Shown here: positions 10,980 to 24,512 of the stretch, piece after piece | Numbering within the stretch: the stretch's first letter is position 1 | Layout of the letters: each line of letters begins with the position of its first letter | Source: Eledone cirrhosa | Lineage: Eukaryota | NCBI GenBank assembly: GCA_964016885.1 | Contig: OZ024742.1 | Coordinates: forward strand, 84,444,001 to 84,508,000 | DNA length: 64,000 nt | Reading direction: 5' to 3' | Position numbers and translations under genes: made by a program | The notes under the pieces: generated by a model | The model's input: the letters and a program-made list of their open reading frames with translations, nothing else | What the model was told of the DNA's origin: nothing | The model's database searches: none

Positions 10980-13900
10980 TTCATCATCCTCGTCATCATG
11001 GTCATCATTTTAAGTCCTCTTTTCCCTGCTTGCAAGGATGGGACGGGTCCTATTCAGCACAGCACATCTCCACTTGACACGGTCCTTCGTCATCTCCTCC
11101 GTGAGCACCAGCGAACTGAGGTCTGCTCTCACCACCTCCGCCAATGTTTTTCGTGGTCTTCCTCCTACTGGGATTTCTTCGCACTTCTTTAACCAGCGGT
11201 CATCCTCCATGCGCATCACATGTCCATACCATCTCAGTCTTCTCTCCCGCACACCACAACCTATCCCTCTTATACACAGTTTCTCTCTCAACTCATCTAT
11301 GCTTGGCACATTAATATTGCACTTCCAACGGAGCATGCTTGCTTCATTTCTCTCCAGCCGTTGCATATCCTCTGTAGTTTCTTCCAATGTCTCACTACCA
11401 TGCATCATCTCGCATCTTACACAGGCATCATATAACCGGCCTTTCGTACGCAGGAAGAAAGCCTTCATTGTCAACAGAGGCAGCAGCTCCCTAAACTTCC
11501 AACCCGTCCTTATTCTAGATACTATGGCCTCGGAACACCCCATCTACCACGCAATTTGTTCACCTACGTAGCGGAAGCTATCAACCACTTCTATAGAACC
11601 CACCTGCATTTGGAAATTGTGTCTATCACTGCGATTACTACTGTCAAATTTCCCTGTACATCTACTGCATACATAGTTTTCCGTGCCTGTTAGTTTGCCT
11701 GCTATCCCACTACAATTCGTGTGTACCCAAGATCTGCATTGTGTACATTTTATAGAATTTATGCCAGTTCCTTTTCTACATATATAACATGGCCATCTCC
11801 TTGATGGAACCAGACTTTTGTCCTCTTTTCTACTTATCATCACTTTTGTCTTAGCTATGTTCACTCTCAGTTCTCTTGATTCCAACTGCTGTTTCCATAG
11901 CCAGAATTTCTTCTCTAGCTCATTTACTGATTCTGCTATAAGAACCAAATCATCAGTATAGATAAGTTCCCATGGGCAACCAGTCTTAAACTCCTCTGTT
12001 ATGGCTTGGAGGACTATAATGAACAAGAGCGGGCTGAGGACCGAACCCCGATGTACTCCTACTTGTATCTGGAATTCTTCACTAAACGCCATTCCTACTC
12101 TCACTTTACTGACAGCACCTCTGTACATACCTTTCACTGTCCTCACAAGCCATTCTTCTACACCTCGTTTCCTTAGGGACCACCAGATGACAGATCGGGG
12201 TACCCTATCAAACGCCTTCTCTAGGTCAACAAAAGCTAATTATAGTGGCTTATTCTTCTATAAGAACCTCTTTTGTAGTTGACCCACTAAGAAGAGGGCA
12301 CAAAACCAACCTGCATCTCATCTAATTTGACCCTTTCTCTAATCAGTTGCGCTAATATTTTCTCTGCCACTTCCATAACCTGATCCATCAGCTTTATGCT
12401 CTCCAGAGCATCCCCTTTACCTTTGTAGCAATTTATGGGAATGCTGCTGCACCAGCCTTTGGGTATCACACCGCCGAATATAGCTTGATTGATGATGCGT
12501 GCAACCAGTATAGTGCCTACTTCTCCTGATGCCTTCAGCATCTCAGCAACTATCCCCGACGGTCCAGCGGCCTTACCATTTTTCATTTACTTAATTGTCT
12601 CTTGGACCCTATATTCGTCAATCTCAATAGCTGGTATTTCTGTCGAGTCTACTGGGAGGGGGAGTTTCTCTCTCTCCCATTTGTTTTCCACATTCAACAG
12701 TCTCTCATAATGACATTTCCAGACTCCTTTTTCTGATCATTCGTGACACTAAGTACACCAGCATTATTCCGGACACACTTATCTCCAAGAACATCCTGAT
12801 TTGCACTGACACACTGCCTTGCAATGCGGAACACCGCACGTTTCTGATCTTCCAATCGCAGAACATTGGCGAAACACCTACTCTCAGCCTCTCTGCGTGC
12901 TTAAGTACACCTGACTTCTAACTGCTCTCTTAGCGGCTGTGTATCCTTCTGTACTCCCACCATTGTCCAAGCATTCCATGCTAGTCTTTTGTCTCGAATG
13001 GCCCTATTTACCGTGCTGTTACACCACCAGGTCATTCTCTGTCTGGTTGGAGCTCTGCCCCAGCCACAAGCTTCTTAAGTAGCCTGCAGTAAATTGTCAC
13101 GTAAGAAATTCCAGTTATCATCTATGTCAAACGACTCTAAATCGTCTTCTTGTTCGTCATATACATCTTGAAGGGCTTTCCTAAATTTATATTTTAGTGA
13201 AAGGTCTTTTAGCTTCCAGACCTTTCTTTTCCACACCTTCCTGTATGTCTCATTCTATGTCTTGCTTACTGAGATGTCACTAATGACTAACCAATGCTGT
13301 GGGGTACATTCTTCTCTGGGGTATGCCTTAGTATTTGACACAATCTGTCTGTCTCGCTGCTTAACTAGCAAGAAGTCAATCTGGCTTATGTGCCCGCTTG
13401 ATTTGTAGGTTATTAGTTGGTTGGTAGGTTTCTCGAAGTTAGTGTTGCAAATGGTTAGTGCACTTGCATCACCAAATTCAAGAAGCCGAACTCCTTCTAC
13501 ATTTCTTGAGCCATAACCGTGCCCACCATATACCTTAGTGTATCCATCCTGGAGCTGTCCAACATGACCATTGAAGTCCCCTGCTAGCACTACGATGTCT
13601 CCGTCCTCTGTCATTGTGGCTATTTCTAAAAGTTGCTCGTAAAAGCAGCCTTTCTCTTCTTTACCTAGGCCTGCCTGGGGAGCATAGGTAGAGATGATTG
13701 TCAGCAGTCTCCTGCCTACAACTAATCTAGGATTAATATTTTTTTTCTAATTCTAACTACGTCTATTGTCTTATCGATCCATCTCTCAGCCAGTAAAATG
13801 CCTATCCCACCTAACTCATCATCATTACACACCCAGAAAAGCTTATAACTAAGATGGTTGCTGCGATTAGTCTTGCAGAAGCACCTCTCCATCTCAACAC

Positions 13901-14000
13901 TTGCACCAGCACACATCCACATGCCTTCTCTCCAGCATCTCCACTATCTCACCAGATCTACCTGTTAGAGTGCCAACATTAAGTGTGGCAACTCTGAAAT
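10980..14000 (-). mobile_element. Degenerate RTE (BovB-like) LINE: APE endonuclease + RT + PHD-type finger, (GAT)n tail
   Basis: LAGDFNGHVG, SQIDFLLV, GKAAGPSGI, GVHRGSVLSPLLF, YTDD, RLRWYGHV, GRPRKT; many stops and frameshifts; degenerate (GAT)n at 10980-11008. Confidence 0.92.
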
Positions 14001-15867
14001 GCGACGTAATTTCAGCAAGGTGTGACATAGCTTTATCTAGTATGTAGAATGTAAGAGATTTAACTTCAGTTTGTAGCAGGTTGCATGACCGTATAGGGCT
14101 GCTTTAGAACTAGCCATCCTTTGATAAAAGAGAAAGTCAGTAAAACATGTCTAAACGGATGAAGTTAAAAACAGAAATCAGCAGAACAACTTTCAGGTAT
14201 AGAGGTATATCCCTTATCGTTTCAAAGTGACGGCATTAGTAAATAGAGAAATGTGTTTCAACTTTTCTTTAGTTGGGAGACATGGTTTCTGATAAACTAA
14301 AAGAGAAGTGAAATAATATAGTAGAACTTGTTGTCCGTTGGTGCATTCATATTCAGTTACTCAATGAAAATCCGTTAACGTTTTGTTTGTACTTATTAAT
14401 ATTTGGCTTTTTATCCTGTAGCTACGGGCCTTTTTGATCAACCAGATTGACTTCGTATACATTCTCTCAATCTTGTTTAGGACTCTGATGTGCCCTTCAA
14501 CATACCATTGTTTATCATATGGAAAGCAGTATAGCTCCAACTGATTCAGGTGAAGTTGAAGTAACGCAGTATTCAATGCTACTGTATTTACTTATGTACT
14601 GTTACGTATATCGGTACGTGCCTTGTGAGAATGCGTAGGAAATAAAGCTAACTGATTAAGGTAATTTAACAATATTCCTTTGGGTTTGTGAATGTGATTA
14701 TAGCTTTCTGTAACAATACAGTATTCTCTTCTCGTGCTCAGGTGGTTAGTCACTTTGACTATATTTGTTTCATCGTCTATAGTGGTGTTAAGTGACGACA
14801 GTGACAATGTGAAATGGTACTTAATGTTTTTGTCTTTGAATTATGCTGGAAAAATATATCTCAGCAAGTACCAACATCATCCATAGCCAAACGTGATCCA
14901 TTCAAGTATATTGAATGTTTTAATTAGTGGGATTTCAAAGTATTCTGTGAATGGATTATAGGTTTTCGAGTTAAATCCTCGTATATTTGACATCCATTCG
15001 TGCAGTTTGTTTACTTTCTTGACACGAGTCTGATGCCCGGCTGTATTTTATTTATTGTCTGTTATGATATGAATGGATGCAATAAAATTTCTAGGAGCCA
15101 CATTATACCTATTTATTTGAAGTAAGAATTTTAAATGTGTGATGGTGAATTGAAGGTATTGTTTACCTATGGCAGATTTCGCCGATAGACTACACAATAA
15201 CCCTATTAAAGAATATAATGTTTTGTGATATATACTACTTTTATTGAATGGGTTCTAGCTGACACAATTTAAAGAGGAACATGATTTCATTGGTTTTGAA
15301 TTTCTATGATTAAATGAAACCTTCATCAAACCGTAAAACGTTGCATTCATTCGAGAAACTGCAAAACCACATATGAAATTAATGTACGGTAAAATTGCTC
15401 TAGACTACAAAGACTATTGAACATTATGGCAAAATAGTGGATACAAAGTTATTTAACGTTATATTATTTGGTTCAAATTTCTGTTTATGGTGAGCAGTAT
15501 AGTTTCATATATTCCAGATATATATTCAATACGTTTAAGGAAAATTAAAACGCTAGGCTTTTATTCCAGAAATAAAGGAATAGTACCCTCAAAGGTAAGA
15601 GAGGAAAGAGGGAAAGGATAATGACATTTTCTATATTGCATTCATGTAAATAAAAGCTAATGGTATTTTTTATATTTAGGAATAAAAAAATACCTGATAA
15701 GAGAAAAGTAATTGACAACAAAATATATATTAACTCTTTAAATCGTCTACGACTGAAAGAATCAAACGATAACCAACCAAACATTAAAGGGAAATTTGGC
15801 ATCACTATTCAAAATAAAATATAGTTATGCAAAAGTATATATGGCAAACAAACAAGATTGTTGGATT

Positions 15868-15918
<51 letters not shown>

Positions 15919-16689
15919 ATATAATATAAATATAGACGAAAATAAAATTATTTCAGTCATATTTACCATAAAAATAGTTCAATACGAACACAAGCTAAAA
16001 ACTATATTGTGTAGAGCTTCTTTTATACAAGTTATATTTAGGTGTAATTATGTATAGTATATTAAATGTAAGTAAATATTGCAAGGAAAAATACATTTTA
16101 AAAGAAACTTATAATTTTAACTTACAGTTTCCTTTGACAAAGAATATTACTAATTACGATAATTATACAATAATTAAGACGTCCAAATCATAGGTGAGCT
16201 TCGTATTAAAACATACATTACAGCTTCTACGAGAAAATTACAAGTGAATTTCCTGTGTTGTTAAAACAACTAGGCAGTAAAACTCTCATAGCAAAATATA
16301 AAAAAAAAATCATGTTCACTTAATAATGTTTTAGTAATTAAAATATACACAGACATGTATGCAATGTGAAATGAAACTGGAAGGCCCATATATAAATATA
16401 TATATGTGTGTGTGTGTGTGTGTATGTATATATATATACATGTGTGTGCGTGTGTATACATATATATGTATGTGTGTGTGTATATATATATGTGGGTGTC
16501 TGTGATCTATATACACTGGTCATAGACACACACACATATATATACACACACATTCATATATATATATACAAAACAACATCACCAACTCTTTCTCTCTTCC
16601 ATTCTCCTTCTCTGTCTCCGCTCCCTCTCTCTATGTCTCTCTTGCAATCTACTCTCTCACAAACACTATCTGACCACAGAATGTTGACC

Positions 16690-19600
16690 CCCTTGCTGAT
16701 GCCGCGGTGCATTGCAGCGATCCAGCCTCTGAAGACGGGCCCGAAGCCAGCCGCATTGAGGACAGCCTCCAGGTATAAATGTACAACCCTATCGAAAGCT
16801 TTCGATTGATCTAAATTGATCAGAGGCCCACCTAAGCCAGGTTTATAACATAACCTCTCTATGATGTATCGCTCGAGGTGGAGGTTGTCGAGTATAGACC
16901 AGGTCGGGATTACGCGTGTTTGCGATTCACCAAACAAATTCTCGACGACAAGCACCAACCTCTTCGCTAACACCTTGGCCAAAATCTTAAATTCTGTGAG
17001 TTATGGGCCTGAAATTATCTAAAGTATCCTTCTTGTTGTTGTCTTTCCTAATCAGCGTCACTACGCTCCGACTCACAGAACTGTGAATACTCCTGTTCTG
17101 CTGCCAGTTGCAGTAGAGCGCTTCGAGGAGATAAGAGAACAATTCTGGCATAAAGCTCGAAGACATTCCATTCAATCAGGGTGACTTGTGCCTCATACCA
17201 CCGACTAGGGCATGCCGCCTTTCATAGCGTCGGCCGGTGTGAGACGCGGTAGACCGTCGAGGTTGGGACTGAAATCCGCCACCGTCTCCGACTCCCCGCT
17301 TCCCCCGAACAGTCGAGCAAAGTGCTGGCGAAAGGCCTCACACAGGAATCGTTCAGCTCGGTCCGTCTGGGTCGGTCAAAGACCGAGTTGTGGTTGTGTT
17401 ACCACGTGGCGCCTCCCAAACTCGGGCCAATCGAACAGCTTTCGTTCCCTCGTTTCTTAGAGCACGCGTCTTAGCTCTCGCAACGCAGGCTTCCTGTTTC
17501 GCATTGAAGAAATGGTCCAGTGCCATTCTCGCAGTTAGCACGTTGGTTGAAATACCACTCCTAATCGCCTCATCTAATTTAGTTACTAACTCCCCTTCCG
17601 TTTTATTTTTTCCTATCGCTACTTCTTTATTGAATGCTATGGATTCTACACTAATCGGTCTCTTGAGAGCGCCCCCCCCCCACCTGTTGTTTACGATGGT
17701 CCCTGTCAACAGCAGCTTAATTAATTTCTTATCTGACGACCGTATGTAATTGTGGACAACCCATGCCACCTTTATCCATTAATCTAATTAGAAATCTATC
17801 TAAGTACGAACTAGATGTCCCTAAACATTTTCTCTAGGTCCACACTGGCGAATTAGGGAAATCTAGTCGATACCTGTCATACAGTTGAAACTGGCTGATC
17901 AGGCTTTTGAGGTTTTTGCCCCCCCCCCACTTCTATCGGCTACTCCCACACAATCCTTAGGTGGGTCCAAAATGCCGTTCCAGTCTCCGCTAACACTAAA
18001 GGGCGAGGCGTTCCTAGAAAGACTTTCAAGGCGCCTAAAGAAATCTGGCCGTCCTGCCACAGTCGGGCCATAAAGAATCACCAGTCTAAAAGCACCACCT
18101 TCAATATTGTTCACATATAGACCCGCCAACTTACTGTCTGGGTCCAGGAAGATCGCCCGTATCTTGAGACCCAGGCCTTTCCTAAACAGTACTGCCACCC
18201 CACCTCCCATTCCAGGCCGACTAAGAGATGCGTAGATCTCAAAGTCTTCAAAAATAGGAGCTAGTGCGTGTGTTTCAGAAATCCTGGTCACATCCACGGT
18301 TAATGACCTCAGGTCGTTGAGCAAGCGGCCTTGCACTCAGTCCGACCCCAGGCCACGAACATTATTCATGCATCCCACCCTTAACATCTCCCAGTTGGTC
18401 AGAAAAAAGGAGAAAGAGAGGGTTACTTACTCCTGGGGTGCTGTTGTAGGTTGGGTGGTTCGACCTCCATGCCTGGTTTGGAGGTGTTCCTTTGGGAAAG
18501 CCTTTAAAAGCCTACTTGAGGCTTTTACACCGGGTGTTCCCACGTCGTTGGGGGAATCTCTCCCTAATTGTTTTGTAATTGTCTAATGGCATCTCCTCCA
18601 GCAAAGGTTTTTGTGACAATTTGAAGTGCAGGTGCTAAATGCCTCCCCTTGTGTTATGAGGTTCAGCAATTTTTCGTTTGATTTTCTAACTAACACAGAG
18701 TTAGGTGTTGTTGTGGTTGGGAATTGATGCTGTGTGTGTCTTGTTTTAGTTGTTTATATTAGTGGTTGTGTTGTTGGTGGATGTGCTGTTTGTATTGACG
18801 GTTGTGTTGTTGCGGCGGGTGGGTATTGTAGTATGTGCGAGTGTGTCTTCTTTGTTTGCTGTCGTTTGTATTGGCGTGTGAGAATTCTGTTTTCTTTTTT
18901 GTTTTTTAGTTTTTAGTGTTCCTCTTCACCTTCGCTGAGTGATGAAGAGGTTGCTGTGTTTGTGTCAGATTTAAGTGGGAGTGTGTGTATGAGTGTCTGT
19001 GTTTCGATGTGTGTGTTTGTTTTCGAGAGGGGGGAGCGGGAGAGTTTCTTTGGAGTGGCCCCTGGGTGGTATTTGCAGTTGTTGTTGGTTGTGGTGGCTC
19101 TCTGGTCATTGACGGTGGTATTGTTGGTTTTGCTGGTGCTGCTGTTGCAGAATCTGATGTTGGCGCTGTTGTTTTTGGCTGTTATAGTCATTGTTGAGGC
19201 CCCGGGGTTGGCAGCAGCAGGGATTTTCGGGCCCTTGCATTTGTTAATAGCTGAAAGCAGAACATTTGCAAGTGTGTAGTTTTGCCACAACCGAAACAGT
19301 ACGGCCTTTTTGCCCTCAGTCATTTCTTGTAGACGGATCTGGAGACGGATCTGCTCCGGGATTTTCCTTAGTTCTTCAGATTTAATCTGGAGATACTTAT
19401 CCAGATCAACCCCGGACCAGTCCTCTCTGGGTGTTCTGGTTACCTCTATTATGACGGTATCTGTCTCCTCCACAATGACGCATCCCAAGAGTCACCACAT
19501 ATCTAGTCCTGGTGGATTCTTGGGAATTCGGACTCTAACAGTTCTTTTTTTCACATGTGGGAGGGTTGCACTATAACCTTATTGGTTTTGCAAGGGGTTA

Positions 19601-20587
19601 TCGCATGCTTTAAAGCGAGAGCTTCTTACTTAAACAGCACATAGATGGTGCCGTATTATTGACCCCTCGCTATGTATTCTGTATCATCTCTGATGCATCC
19701 TAGTGAGCTTCGACGTCTCCTTGGGGAATGTTGGTGGCTTTTTTTCTCTCATCTGAGATGCATCTAAAGACCAGAGTTCTCCTCTCCACCGCCTCCATGT
19801 CCTCTGCCGGGACAGTTAAGTTAGCCCAGATTGGCTCTTGTTTGATGTGCTTCCATGCCTGAGCCAACTCTTTCTCCTTGTCCGTCAAGTCCTTGCTAAA
19901 GCATGTCCTTTTCCTGGCGGCTTGTGGCAACGAAAGAGTTTTTCTCTTTGTTACAGTTGTTCTTGTTGCTGTAGTGGTGTCGCTTGTGTTGCCATTGTTG
20001 TTGGTGTTGTTGTCGTTGTTGCAGTTGGTGTTGTTGTTGTTGCAGTTATTGTTATTCTTGGTATTGTTGTTTTTGCTTTCTTCCCTTGTTTCTTTATTAC
20101 TGTTTTTGCTGTGACTATTCATGTTCTTGGAGGAGATTTTAATTCCGTGATTGTTTCTGTTGTCTGTGTTTTGGTTGTCGCTGTAACAGTTGTTAGTATT
20201 CTCACTGTTGCTGATGTCATTGTTCATGTTGTTTGTGGTGGTGTTGTTTCATTTGTTGTTGCATGTTATGTTTGTATTAAATATTTTTTTACTTGTGTTA
20301 GCAATGGTGCAAGTTGTGTCTGCCGTATCCCTCCACTTAACGTTTAAGCCACTGTCACACGACAGCAGACTTAAAATTGGATATGGGTGGGCGTGGCTCG
20401 GTCATGTTTCTTTTTTCTTTACGATACAAAAATTTGAAGAATAACAGAGTTCAAATATTTGGTCAAAAAGGCCCAAATATTATGGGGTCACCTTTATACA
20501 GGCCAATGAATAGGAGCTTATATACAGTTTGAAAAACTCAAAATAACCAACCTTCGGGAGCCGATGTGAACACGTCCGTAGCAAACG

Positions 20588-20588
<1 letters not shown>
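16690..20588 (-). mobile_element. Tx1/L1-clade LINE, 5' end present, truncated within RT
   Basis: Asn-rich ORF1 from 20227 with CCHC knuckle CFGCGKTTHLQMFC (~19257-19300); ORF2 from ~18388 with NVRGL, SETH, GGVAVLF, GDWN, NFRPIT, LDQSKAFDRV. Confidence 0.88.
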
Positions 20589-20641
<53 letters not shown>

Positions 20642-20642
20642 T
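20588..20642. repeat. (TAA)n microsatellite (further tracts at ~21159-21183, 24482-24511, 27046-27076, 60505-60548)
   Basis: Direct reading; every tract lies at a LINE junction. Confidence 0.95.
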
Positions 20643-21150
20643 TTACCACATTCTGAGAAGTGGTATGAGCATAAGCCAGAGGCGGTGATAGAAAACGATC
20701 AGGTGAAGGTGCTGTGGGATTTTAGGATACAGACGGACAAGAAACTGGAACACAATAGACCTGATCTGGTGGTTGTGGACAAAGAAAAAAGATCGTGCCT
20801 GATTGTGGATGTGGCCTGCCCATTCGACACGAGAGTGCAAGAGAAGGAGAGGGAGAAAATTAACCGATACCAGGACTTAAAGTGGGAGGTAAAAAGGATT
20901 TGGAACTGCCATGAAGTCAAAGTGATCCCGATTGTCATAGGCGCACTAGGGACCATCTCAAAAAGTTTCCAGGGATAGTTAAAGAAAATTGGCCCCTTCA
21001 CGCTTTTTGGAACGCTTCAAAAGGCATGCTTGCTGGGAACAGCAAGAACCCTCCGATACGTCCTGAATATCTGAGGCTGCAGGTAGTGGCTTGATATTCA
21101 TTTCAACAAACTTTTCAGTTAACTAACATCAATGACTGAGACTCAAAGAG
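20641..21150 (+). mobile_element. Dong/R4-type RLE LINE family A, short 3' fragment
   Basis: LWDF.IQTD, RPDLVVVD, DVACP, EK..RY.DL, IVIGALG; near-identical to 23971-24480. Confidence 0.9.
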
Positions 21151-21182
21151 TAATAACAATAATAATAATAATAATAATAATA

Positions 21183-24100
21183 AGTTACCTGAAGAGTAAC
21201 CCCAAGGAGAAAGGCTATAGGAAACTGATGCATAATATCTGGAAGGAGATTGGTCTATTTAAATTAGATGAACAAAAATTGGCCGGGCAGGCTCGGGTAA
21301 TAAGAACTAATGGGTGGATAAGCGAGCTGGAACTGGAGCAACTGAGCAGATAGATTAGCTTGGAAATGGAGAGTGGAGTATGCCAGGCAAACGAGCCAGT
21401 GGGAAATGAAGGTGAGGAGGTCGAGAAAACGGAGGAACCACCCGAAGCAGACAATGATCTGAATGCTGAGATAAATAATACCTGGAACAGAGATACGGCC
21501 ACTGAGGAGATGAATGCTGACGGGTAGGACAAGATTTGGTTGATATCCTAAAATTAGTGGTAGATGAATTGAACAATGATAGTGGGAAACCTATGAACCT
21601 AAGATTTGTAGACAGGAAAAAGTTAAAAGAAACAACAGCCAAGGTAAACAAAGTCATCCCATACCTTGAGGCGAGGAGCCTTCACCAGTGCAACAATATC
21701 CTCAAAGCAACAGCAAATACGGTGAGGAAACTACTTGGTATAAAAGCGAGAGGAAACAACAAATAAGAAAGATCAGAGCCTTGGTGGAAGAAACGACTGA
21801 GTGGTCAAATCAGGGAAATGAGAAATGACATTGGAAAGCATGAGTCCCTACTGAATGGGACACTAAAAAACATAGACACTAAAAATAGACTGGAAATAAA
21901 GTACAAAACTAGGAGGAAAAATCTAAATATTATCATAGAGGAACTGAAGCAACGCATTGTAGCAAAGAGTGCAAAAATCAGGCGATAGGAGCACAGAATC
22001 AGTCAGTATAAACAGAACCGCATGTTCGACAACAACCAGAAGATGCTGTTTGGACAGCTTGAAGGGAAAGAAAGAGGCAACGACTTGATCCCTGAGGCGG
22101 GATAAACTAAAACATTCTGGAGAGAAATATGGGAGCAGGATGTTAAACATAATGACCAGGCAGTATGGATTGAGACAGTACAGAAGGAGATCAGTGAACA
22201 GGCACACCAACAAACTGATTTGAGTATCACAGTTGAAACTCTTAAGGGGCAGGCCAAAAAACTAATCAACTGGAAATCACCAGGCCCAGATGGTGTGCAG
22301 GGGTATTGGATTAAAATTATAACATCCCTCCACCCGAAACTAACAACCATGTTCAATGACTGCTTGATGTCCGGTGAGGTACCAGAGTGGTTGACAAAAG
22401 GTACCACAGTTCTGATAATGAAAGACCGAATCAAGGGTAATGATGTTACCAATTATAGACCTATCACATGTCTGTCCGTAATGTGGAAACTGTTGACAAG
22501 CATTATGTCTGAGGAAATCTACCATCACCTCCACACAAACAACTTGTTACCGGACGAACAGAAAGGATGCCGAAAGAAGTAACGTGGTACAAAGGACCAG
22601 TTACTTATTGATAAGATGGTAATGAGGAATTGCAGGAGGAGACACACTGGTCTTGCCATGGGATGGATAGACTACAAAAAGGCATTTGACATGGTGCCTC
22701 ATTCTTGGATCACCAAAAGCCTGGAGATCTTCAAGGTGGCAGATAACATCGGACAGTTTTGGGGCAAAAGTATGAAGTCCTGGGAAACAGAGTTAACATC
22801 ACTGGAGAATCCTTGGGAAGCGTGAAGATCAAGAGAGGTATCTTCCAGGGAGATAGTCTGTCCCCTCTGTTTTTTGTCCTTGCCCTGATGCCACTGACCA
22901 GTGTACTGCGAAAAGGGAGAGTAGGATACAGGTTGGGAAAGGGAGGGCTTACCATCAATCACCTCCTCTTTATGGACGATCTTAAGCTCTTCGGGAAGAG
23001 TGAGAAGGAGTTGGATGTGCTTGTTGACACTGTCCGTATTTTCAGCAATGATATATGTATGCAATTTGGTATTAATAAGTGTGGAGTCTTTGTGATGAAG
23101 AGGGGTAAGTTGAGCAGAAGTAACGGAATCCAGATACCAACAGGTGAGATGATAAGGGAAATTGACTCTGAAGAAGGATACAAGTATTTGGGTGTTCTAG
23201 AGGCTGATGACATCAAGAACAAAAAAATGAAGGAATTGATAAGAACTGAATACATTCGGAGAGTAAGGAGCGTATTAAAGTCACATCTGAACAATAGGAA
23301 TGCCATAAGTGCAGTAAATTCCCGAGCTGTGTCTATTATTAGGTACAGTGCGGGAATTCTGAGATGGAATGTTGCTGAACAAGAAGAAATGGATAGGAAG
23401 ACTAGGATGCTATTGACTATCTACAATATGTTCCACAAGAGGAGTGATGTCGATAGACTCTACTTAAGGAGATCTGAAGGTGGAAGAGGTCTTATCAGCA
23501 TAGAGGACTGTGTTCAGATGGAGAAAAACAACCTACATAAATACGTGACTGATAATAAGGAGCCAATGCTCAGAACTGTACTGAAGGATGAGACAATAGA
23601 CCAGGGGATGTCCAAGGAGGAAATAACATCAAGGAGACAGAGCAGCCTTCAGGAAAAATCCCTTCATAGTACCTTCTTTGAGAAAACTGAATTCAGAGAT
23701 CCACAGACATGGAACTGGTTAAAAAGAGGAGACCTTAAAAAGGCTACAGAGGGTTAATGGCTGCGCAGGAGCAGGCCCTCAAAACGAAGTGGTTGAAACA
23801 CCATATTTACAAGGAGGAGGCTAGCCCACTGTGCAGGATCTGCGGAGAGAGAGAGGAGACTGTGGCTCACATTGTATCCGAGTGTAAACACCTAGCCCAG
23901 ACTCACTATAAGGGCTGGAGACATGATGTGATGGGAAGGGTGATCCACTGGCACCTATGCAAAGTAAACAATTTACCACATTCTGAGAAGTGGTATGAGC
24001 ATAAGCCAGAGTCGGTGATAGAAAACGATCAAGTGAAGTTGCTGTGGGATTTTAGGATACAGACGGACAAGAAACTGGAACACAATAGGCCAGACCTGGT

Positions 24101-24480
24101 GGTTGTGGACAAAGAAAAAAGATCGTGCCTGATTGTGGATGTGGCCTGCCCATTCGACACGAGAGTGCAAGAGAAGGAGAGGGAGAAAATTAACCGATAC
24201 CAGGACTTAAATTGGGAGGTAAAAAGGATTTGGAACTGCCTTGAAGTCAAAGTGGTCCCGATTGTCATAGGCGCACTAGGTTCTATCTCAAAATGTTTCC
24301 AGGGATGGTTAAAGAAAATTGGCCCCTTAAAGCTTTTTGGAACGCTTCAAAAGGTATGCTTGCTGGGAACAGCAAGAACCCTCCGATACGTCCTGAATAT
24401 CTGAGGCTGCAGGTAGTGGCTTGATATTCATTTCAACAAACTTTTCAGTTAACAAACATCAATGACTGAGACTCAAAGAA
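21183..24480 (+). mobile_element. Dong/R4-type RLE LINE family A, long 5'-truncated copy with stops and frameshifts
   Basis: [48 protein letters not shown]...H...C, RHD, PD..D RLE; (TAA)n on both sides. Confidence 0.93.
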
Positions 24481-24481
24481 C

Positions 24482-24511
<30 letters not shown>

Positions 24512-24512
<1 letters not shown>

